This document shows, one piece after another, positions 58,099 through 64,000 of a stretch of 64,000 bases of DNA. The notes beneath the pieces were generated by a model that saw only the letters and a list, made by a program, of their open reading frames with translations, did no database searches and was not told the origin of the DNA. Position numbers and translations under genes: made by a program. The stretch comes from Frankiales bacterium (lineage in GTDB: Bacteria > Actinomycetota > Actinomycetes > Mycobacteriales > SCTD01): contig JAOPWV010000077.1 in the NCBI GenBank assembly GCA_025965475.1, forward strand, positions 4,313 to 68,312. The letters run 5' to 3'. Every line of letters begins with the position of its first letter. The stretch's first letter is position 1.

Positions 58099-59006
58099 AG
58101 CTCTTCCGCGAAGTCCGCCTGCATCCGGGTGAACACCCGGCGCGCGAACAGGAAGAGCAGCCCGGCGATGACGAACCCGATCGCCAGGTTGCGCAGGTAG
58201 AAGGCGTAGCCGGGATCGGCCAGGGCGTGGCCGATGGCGTGGGGTGGCTTGGTGTTGACGTAGCCGTCCTTGACGAAGATGGCCCGCTGGAAGGTCGTCA
58301 CGACCGTGGCCATCGGGTTGAGGAAGTACGCCCAGAACAGGTGGTACTGGTCGAGCTTGTCCTTCACCAGTGTCGAGGTGTAGAGGATCGGGTTGAGCCA
58401 GAACCAGACCAGCAGGGCGATCTCGACGGCGTGCGCGGTGTCGCGGTACCGGACGTTCAGCGCCGAGACCAGGTAGCTGAAGGCGGTCGAGAACAGCAGG
58501 AGCAGCGCCAGCGCCGGGACGATGAGCAGGAAGGCCGGGCTGAAGTCGTGCCGGAAGATCGTGGTGACGAGCAGCAGAACGACCAGCTGCAGGACGAAGT
58601 GCACGAGGGCATAGCCGACCGCCGACAGCGGCAGGACCTGGAGCGGGAAGCGCACCTTCTTCACCAGACCGGCGTTGCCGACGACGGTGCCGGACGCGGT
58701 CGACACCGCGGCGGAGAAGGCCGTCCAGGGCAGCAGGCCGCACATCAGGAAGATGGCGAAACCCGGGACGCCGTTGTTGAGCACCACGCCGAAGATCAGG
58801 TAGTAGATGCCCATGAGCAGCAGCGGATTGGCCAGGCTCCACGCGAAGCCGAGCACGGACCCCTGGTACTTGACCTTCAGGTCCTTGCGCACGAGCTGAC
58901 TGAGCAGCTCCCAGCTGACCCGGCTCTGCGCCCGGGCGCGGCGGCGCGCCAGTTCGCTCCGGTCGCCGAGCGGTGGGACGGCCGCGCCAGGAGCCTCAGT
59001 GGCCAC
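58095..59006 (-). CDS. ABC-2 type polysaccharide exporter permease (Wzm/TagG-like)
   Basis: 303 aa. VRKDLKVKYQGSVLGFAWSLANPLL is the hallmark start of Wzm/TagG. 6 TM helices. Confidence 0.9.
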   Translation of the reverse strand: MATEAPGAAVPPLGDRSELARRRARAQSRVSWELLSQLVRKDLKVKYQGSVLGFAWSLANPLLLMGIYYLIFGVVLNNGVPGFAIFLMCGLLPWTAFSAAVSTASGTVVGNAGLVKKVRFPLQVLPLSAVGYALVHFVLQLVVLLLVTTIFRHDFSPAFLLIVPALALLLLFSTAFSYLVSALNVRYRDTAHAVEIALLVWFWLNPILYTSTLVKDKLDQYHLFWAYFLNPMATVVTTFQRAIFVKDGYVNTKPPHAIGHALADPGYAFYLRNLAIGFVIAGLLFLFARRVFTRMQADFAEEL

Positions 59007-59149
59007 GCGGGTCAGCCTCCAGGGCGTCTATCCGGGGTGCCGTCCGGCAGGACAGCCGGAGCGGGCAGCAGGCGCACGAGCCGGTCGCCGGGCTTGCCGT
59101 GGAGCATAACCAGGCGTTCGCGCCGCGGCCGGTCGCTACCCTTTGCGCC

Positions 59150-61240
59150 GTGACCTCGACGCTGGCCGGTCCCACCTCGTCCGGCGCACTCGGGGACGAG
59201 GCGCCCGCCGCCGACCACCGGGTCCTGACCGGTACCGATCTGCTCGCCGGTGGTGCGGTGCTGGCCGTGGCGCTGCTCGCCTGGGCGAGCCTGGTGCTGG
59301 CCCATCTGGGGGTCCACTCGCTTGCCGGTGCCGTCGGCCTCGGCCTCGCGATGCTCGGCGTGGTCGGGGTGCTGGCCGTGCTGGCCAGTCGCCGGCACAG
59401 GGTGCGCGTGGCCGCGGACCCGGCCGGGATCGTGGTGGCGGTCCTGTGTGCCGCGGTCGCCGCGGCCCTGACCTTCCCGGGCTTCTCCTACGGCGTGACC
59501 GACAAGGATCCCGGCGGCTACGTCGCGCACGCGGTCGAGATCGCGCACAGCGGCGACTACACGTTCACCGATCCCCTGCTCGCCGATCGCCTGCCGAACG
59601 GCCAGCCCCTCGACGTGCAGTTGGCTTCGCCGGGCGCCCGGTTCCCCGGCGTGTGGATCAAGGACGCGCCCACCGGCAAGATCGTTCCGCAGTTCTACCA
59701 CCTGTGGCCCGCCCTGCTGGCGACCGCGTACGACGTCGGCGGGTACGACGGGATCCGCTTCGCCGTACCGCTGATGGGCGTCCTCGCGGTGCTCCTGCTG
59801 GTCGCCCTCCTGCGGCGGCTGGGCGATGCCGTCGCCGGTCCGACGGCGGGGCTCGTCGCCGCGGGGGCAGGCGGATTGCTGCTCGCGACGAACATGCTGC
59901 AGGTCTGGCAGGCGCGGTACCCCACGACAGAGGTCCTGGCGGAGGCGCTGTACCTCGCCTCCCTGCTCGGCATCGTCATCGCCCTGCAGACCGGGTGGCG
60001 ACCCGCCGCCGGCCTGGCCGGGCTGTTCGTCGGCATCGGCTGGCTCAACCGCGCGGATGCCCTCCTGCTGGTCCTGCTCTCGGTCGGCGTGGGCGCCGCT
60101 CTGCTCGCGACCCGGCGCTGGGACAGCCGGGCGACCTGGTACGCCGCCGGCCTCGCCGTCGTCGTGCCGCACGCCGTGCTCCAGGCGTACGACCTCGCCC
60201 GGTTCTACACGCTCGGCAACAACGTCCCGACCCTGTCCACGGTCGTCGCGGTCACCGTCGGGCTGTTCGCGGCCGCGCTGGTCTGCCGGCTCCTCCTCCG
60301 CCGGCCGATCGCCTGGCTGCTGGGGCTGCTGGAGCACCGCTCCACCCAGGTCGTGGCGGGGCTCGTGGTCCTGGTGGGAGCCACCGGGCTGATGGCGCTC
60401 GGGTTCCTGCGGGCCCGGCTCTTCGGCGCCGACTACTTCCTCTACAACGGCGCGAGCGTCCGCTCGTACGACGAGCAGATCCTGACCCGGCTGGCCTGGT
60501 TCTTCACCGTGCCGGGGTTCGTCCTCATGCTGCTCGGGCTCGCCGTGGTGGCTGTCCGGCGGTGGAGCGGCGCGGTCTGGGCCGTCGTCGTCCCGTCGCT
60601 GCTGCTGTTCGCCGTCTACGCGTACACCGCCAAGAACTCCACGCGGCTGCTGTGGTGGACGCGTCGCTACGTCCCGACCGTCCTGCCCGGGATCCTGGTG
60701 CTCGTCGCGCTCGCCCTCGCGTTCGCGTTCGTCTGGCGGTTCCGCGGGCGCGCGGTCCTGCGCGTGCCGTCCGTGCTGGCGCTGGTCGCGTTGGTCGCCG
60801 TCTTCCTCTCCCAGTCCTGGCCGCTGCGGGCGCACGACGAGTGGAAGGGCTCCCTCGAGATCTCCCAGCAGATCGCCGACCTGTCCGGTCACGCCCGTGG
60901 CGTCTACCTCTGGGAGTACCAGCCCTGCTGCAACGGCACGACCCAGCTGTTCGCGACCCCGGTGTGGCTCGCCCACGGCGAGCTGTCGGTGCTGCTGCCC
61001 CTGGCCGTCGAGAACCGCACCCCGATCGTCAAGGAGTACGCCGCCCACTTCACGGGCGAGCCGCTGTTCATCGTGGCCGGCAAGAGCGGCCTGCCCGCCG
61101 GTCTCGATCCCGCCAGCGTCACGCAGGTCGCGCACATCACCGCGGCCCTGCCGATGTGGGACGAGAGCGACACCGAACGGCCGTCGAAGGCACGCCGGGT
61201 CCCGGTCGAGCTCCGGGTCTGGCGCGTCAACGGCACGTGA
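59150..61240 (+). CDS. Large polytopic membrane protein, possible GT-C fold glycosyltransferase (ArnT/PMT-like)
   Basis: 696 aa from the GTG at 59150, taken from inside the merged ORFs. About 12-14 TM helices. The first loop carries VTDKDPGGY. A soluble C-terminal domain of about 130 aa follows. Confidence 0.75.
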   Translation: MTSTLAGPTSSGALGDEAPAADHRVLTGTDLLAGGAVLAVALLAWASLVLAHLGVHSLAGAVGLGLAMLGVVGVLAVLASRRHRVRVAADPAGIVVAVLCAAVAAALTFPGFSYGVTDKDPGGYVAHAVEIAHSGDYTFTDPLLADRLPNGQPLDVQLASPGARFPGVWIKDAPTGKIVPQFYHLWPALLATAYDVGGYDGIRFAVPLMGVLAVLLLVALLRRLGDAVAGPTAGLVAAGAGGLLLATNMLQVWQARYPTTEVLAEALYLASLLGIVIALQTGWRPAAGLAGLFVGIGWLNRADALLLVLLSVGVGAALLATRRWDSRATWYAAGLAVVVPHAVLQAYDLARFYTLGNNVPTLSTVVAVTVGLFAAALVCRLLLRRPIAWLLGLLEHRSTQVVAGLVVLVGATGLMALGFLRARLFGADYFLYNGASVRSYDEQILTRLAWFFTVPGFVLMLLGLAVVAVRRWSGAVWAVVVPSLLLFAVYAYTAKNSTRLLWWTRRYVPTVLPGILVLVALALAFAFVWRFRGRAVLRVPSVLALVALVAVFLSQSWPLRAHDEWKGSLEISQQIADLSGHARGVYLWEYQPCCNGTTQLFATPVWLAHGELSVLLPLAVENRTPIVKEYAAHFTGEPLFIVAGKSGLPAGLDPASVTQVAHITAALPMWDESDTERPSKARRVPVELRVWRVNGT

Positions 61241-62943
61241 CGTCCCTCCTCCGGCCGCTCCTGGCCCGCTGGTACGCCCCGCTCGTCTACCTCCTGCTCG
61301 CCCTCGTCGGCCACGCGCAGGCCCTTCGTTCGCTCGGCGGCACGACCCGCTGTGCCTGCCGGGACGCGCCCGAGACGGACTGGTTCCTCGGCTGGACCCC
61401 GTACGCCGTGCTGCACGGCCACGCGCCGTGGACCAGTGCCCACCTCGCGGCCCCCGAGGGCGTGAACCTCATGTGGAACACGCTCATGCCGCTACCCGGG
61501 CTGCTCATGACGCCGGTGACGCTGCTGGCCGGACCGCTCGCCACCCACACCCTGCTGGCCGTCCTCGGTATGACGCTGTCGGCCACCGCGATGTGGTGGG
61601 TGGCCGGCCGGTGGGTGCCCTGGGGGCCGGCCCGGTTCGTCGCCGGGCTGCTCTACGGGTTCTCCCCGTACCTCGTCGGCCAGGCGACCGACCACCTGCA
61701 TCTGTCCCTCGTCGCGCTGCCGCCGCTCGTGCTGCTCTGCCTCGACGAGCTGCTGGTGCGCCAGCGTCGTCGCGCGCTGCTCGCGGGGTCGCTGCTCGGG
61801 CTGCTGGCCCTGGCCCAGTTGCTGACGGCCGAGGAGGTCCTCGCCTCGATGTTCGTCGTCTGCGTCGCCGGCCTCGCGGTACTGCTCGCCCAGCAGTGGC
61901 GCCGCCTCGACCGGGGACGGGTCCGGCACGCCGCCGTCGGCCTGAGCGCCGCCGCCGGGGTGCTGGTCGTGGGCGCTGCCTGGCCGCTGGGCGTGCAGTT
62001 CTTCGGGCCGCGGCGGCTCAGCGGACCGGCGACCGGTGCGGCGCCGTTCGCGGCGGACCTGCTCGGCGCCGTCGTGCCCGGCCCGCACCAGCTGCTGGGC
62101 CTCCAGTCGATCGCGTCCTGGGGCGGCGGCCCGACGGAGAACGGCAGCTACCTCGGCATCCCGCTCCTGCTCCTGCTCGCCGCTCTCGCGTGGCGCCTGC
62201 GGTCCGTCGCCGTCGTGCGGTTCGCGACCGTGCTCGGAGCCGTCACCCTGGTGCTCTCGCTCGGCGAACGCCTGCACGTCGCCGGGACGGCGTACGGCCT
62301 GCCGCTGCCCTTCGCCGCGGTCGCGGCGCTGCCCGTGCTGCACGACCTGGCGGCGGTGCGGTTCTCCCTCTACGTCGCGCTGTTCGCGGCGCTCGTCGCC
62401 GCCGTCGGAGTGGACCGCCTGCACGCCTCCGGTGCGCTGCGCCGTCGTCCCGGGCTGGCCGTCGTGGCGACCCTCGCCGTGGCCGTGCCGCTGTTGCCCG
62501 CCTGGCCGTACGCGTACCAGGACGCGCGGACGCCGGCGTACTTCACGACCGCCACCGTCGAGCGCGTGCCCGAGGGGGCGCTGGCCCTGACCTACCCCGT
62601 GCCGCGGTTCCCGACGAGCGCACCGATGGCGTGGCAGGCGGTGGCCGGCTACCGCTACCGGTCGGTCGGCGGCTACGTCATCACCCCCGACGCGCAGGGC
62701 CACGGCACGTTCACCGGCGGGGTCACCCTCTGGGAACGGACGGTCCTGCACGCCGCCGTCGGGCGACCGATGCGGCTGACGCCCCGGCTGAGCAGCCGGC
62801 TCGCGGCGGAGATCGCCCGGCTGCGCGTGCGGGCGGTGCTCGTCGCGGACACCCGGGGCTCCGCGGAGGTGGTGCGGCTCGTGACCGCCGTCCTGGGGCG
62901 GCCGGGGGAGCACGCCGGCGGCGTGACCGCCTGGTACCTCTAG
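61237..62943 (+). CDS. Polytopic membrane protein of unknown family with C-terminal extracytoplasmic domain
   Basis: 568 aa. The GTG at 61237 overlaps the upstream stop (GTGA). About 11 TM helices and a C-terminal soluble region of about 140 aa. No motif I can name. Confidence 0.7.
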   Translation: MTSLLRPLLARWYAPLVYLLLALVGHAQALRSLGGTTRCACRDAPETDWFLGWTPYAVLHGHAPWTSAHLAAPEGVNLMWNTLMPLPGLLMTPVTLLAGPLATHTLLAVLGMTLSATAMWWVAGRWVPWGPARFVAGLLYGFSPYLVGQATDHLHLSLVALPPLVLLCLDELLVRQRRRALLAGSLLGLLALAQLLTAEEVLASMFVVCVAGLAVLLAQQWRRLDRGRVRHAAVGLSAAAGVLVVGAAWPLGVQFFGPRRLSGPATGAAPFAADLLGAVVPGPHQLLGLQSIASWGGGPTENGSYLGIPLLLLLAALAWRLRSVAVVRFATVLGAVTLVLSLGERLHVAGTAYGLPLPFAAVAALPVLHDLAAVRFSLYVALFAALVAAVGVDRLHASGALRRRPGLAVVATLAVAVPLLPAWPYAYQDARTPAYFTTATVERVPEGALALTYPVPRFPTSAPMAWQAVAGYRYRSVGGYVITPDAQGHGTFTGGVTLWERTVLHAAVGRPMRLTPRLSSRLAAEIARLRVRAVLVADTRGSAEVVRLVTAVLGRPGEHAGGVTAWYL

Positions 62944-63578
62944 TGCCAGCTGTCGGCGCGGCCGACGACCTTCGCGGGTACGCCCGCGACGACCGCGCCG
63001 GCCGGGACGTCCTTCGTGACGACCGCGCCCGCGGCGACGACAGCGCCGTCGCCGATCGTGACGCCCTTGAGGATGATCGCGCGGGTGCCGACCCAGACCC
63101 GGTCGCCGATCACCACCGGCGCGGCGGACGGCTGCTCGACGCCGTCGACGGTGAGGGCGTGGAAGTCGTTGTCGAGCACCTGGACGTCCCAGCTGAACGT
63201 GCAGGCGGCACCGATCGTCACGGCCTGGGCGCAGAGGATCTTCGTGCCCAGCCCGTTGACGTTGGTCGCATGACCGATCTGCAGCCGGCCGCCGTCGACC
63301 ACGACGCGGATGCCGCGCTGCAGGGAGACGACGCCCTCGCAGTGGAAGGTGGCCCCCTCCCGCACCCGGACGACCGAGGTGTCGCCTTCGCTGGTGAGGC
63401 CGAACGGCCCGAGGCCGATGCGCAGCGCACCGCCGGGGGACACGGTGATGCGGTCGGCGCCGTCCAGCACGGTGTCGGAGCCGATCCAGATCGCGCGCCT
63501 GGCCAGTACCCGATGGCGGAGCACGCCGCCGTAGAAGGCGCGGGCGGAGGTCTCCTTCGCCCCGCGCAGGGACGTCAT
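62940..63578 (-). CDS. Hexapeptide-repeat (LbH) O-acyltransferase
   Basis: 212 aa from MTSLRGAK. The C-terminus [49 protein letters not shown] is a classic hexapeptide acetyltransferase sequence. Confidence 0.85.
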   Translation of the reverse strand: MTSLRGAKETSARAFYGGVLRHRVLARRAIWIGSDTVLDGADRITVSPGGALRIGLGPFGLTSEGDTSVVRVREGATFHCEGVVSLQRGIRVVVDGGRLQIGHATNVNGLGTKILCAQAVTIGAACTFSWDVQVLDNDFHALTVDGVEQPSAAPVVIGDRVWVGTRAIILKGVTIGDGAVVAAGAVVTKDVPAGAVVAGVPAKVVGRADSWH

Positions 63579-63703
63579 GGCGCGGCGGTAGCCACGGAAC
63601 TCGGCAGCGGGCACGGGTAGCAGGCTAGGGCGCGGCCCGCCGGGCCGGGCGTCCGGCGCGGCTAGGATCGGCGTACCGCCTGCCAGCCCGGGAGTCCCCT
63701 GTC

Positions 63704-64000
63704 GTGACCGCGCCTGTCCGCACGTCCGCCCAGAAGGCCGCCAAGAAGGCGGCCCCCTCACGCCCCGCCGCCGCCCGCCTCGCCGCGGCGGCGGCGGAGA
63801 TCGTCGAGCTCGACGAACAGGTTGACGTCACCGTCGTCCTGCCCTGCTTCAACGAGGTCGGGCACGTCGAGGAGGAGATCGTCCGCATCGCCGCGGCCCT
63901 CGACGCCAGCGGCTACACGTACGACCTGGACGTGTACGACGACTGCTCGACCGACGGCACCCGCGAGCTGCTCAAGGACATCAGCGAGTCCGGCCGCTTC
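63704..64000 (+). CDS. GT2-family glycosyltransferase (polyprenol-phosphate sugar synthase-like), N-terminal part; 3' end outside window
   Basis: Not in the ORF track because it runs off the window end. My translation from the GTG at 63704: [19 protein letters not shown]...[20 protein letters not shown]...[14 protein letters not shown]. Confidence 0.75.
   Translation, partial: MTAPVRTSAQKAAKKAAPSRPAAARLAAAAAEIVELDEQVDVTVVLPCFNEVGHVEEEIVRIAAALDASGYTYDLDVYDDCSTDGTRELLKDISESGRF

Overview
High-GC Actinomycetota chromosomal core segment, tightly packed with about 62 protein-coding genes. Many neighbouring genes are joined by 4-nt GTGA/ATGA start-stop overlaps. I saw no rRNA, tRNA, CRISPR array, transposase or integrase.

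Gene content from left to right:
- Central metabolism: folD (3' part), mdh, icd, trpS, sdhCDAB.
- A Ser/Thr kinase, then a B12-mutase catalytic subunit that lacks its B12 domain.
- A ybdK / M20 amidohydrolase / EamA / gamma-glutamylcyclotransferase group.
- An acyl-CoA carboxylase block (accA, epsilon subunit, pccB, birA).
- A class III nucleotide cyclase.
- Scattered leucine-catabolism-like genes: HMG-CoA lyase, a second carboxyltransferase and an acyl-CoA dehydrogenase.
- purK and purE, then UDP-glucose dehydrogenase.
- From about 44.5 kb to the window end, a large cell-envelope glycopolymer locus. It holds TIGR03089, an LCP ligase, rmlA/B/D, a methyltransferase with a coiled-coil tail, three glycosyltransferases, Wzm/Wzt, two large polytopic membrane proteins, an O-acyltransferase and a GT2.

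Observations most worth follow-up:
1. The glycopolymer locus looks like a terminator-coupled ABC export system. A WbdD-like methyltransferase with a coiled coil and basic C-terminal helix is paired with a Wzt carrying an extra C-terminal domain. It is followed by two uncharacterised, translationally coupled polytopic membrane proteins.
2. A lower-GC pocket at 42.95-43.95 kb holds an orphan YcgR-like PilZ protein next to a roughly 57-codon relic of a chemoreceptor C-terminus.
3. An unannotated yybP-ykoY (Mn2+) riboswitch precedes a GDT1/UPF0016 exporter.
4. A perfect 43-bp palindromic element is duplicated 74 bp apart in one intergenic region.
5. CRP/GlxR-like TGTGA-N6-TCACA boxes lie upstream of sdhC and of an FHA-LuxR regulator.

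All calls come from reading the translations and sequence by eye. Start codons are often uncertain, because GTG/CTG starts and alternative starts are common. No database search was run.
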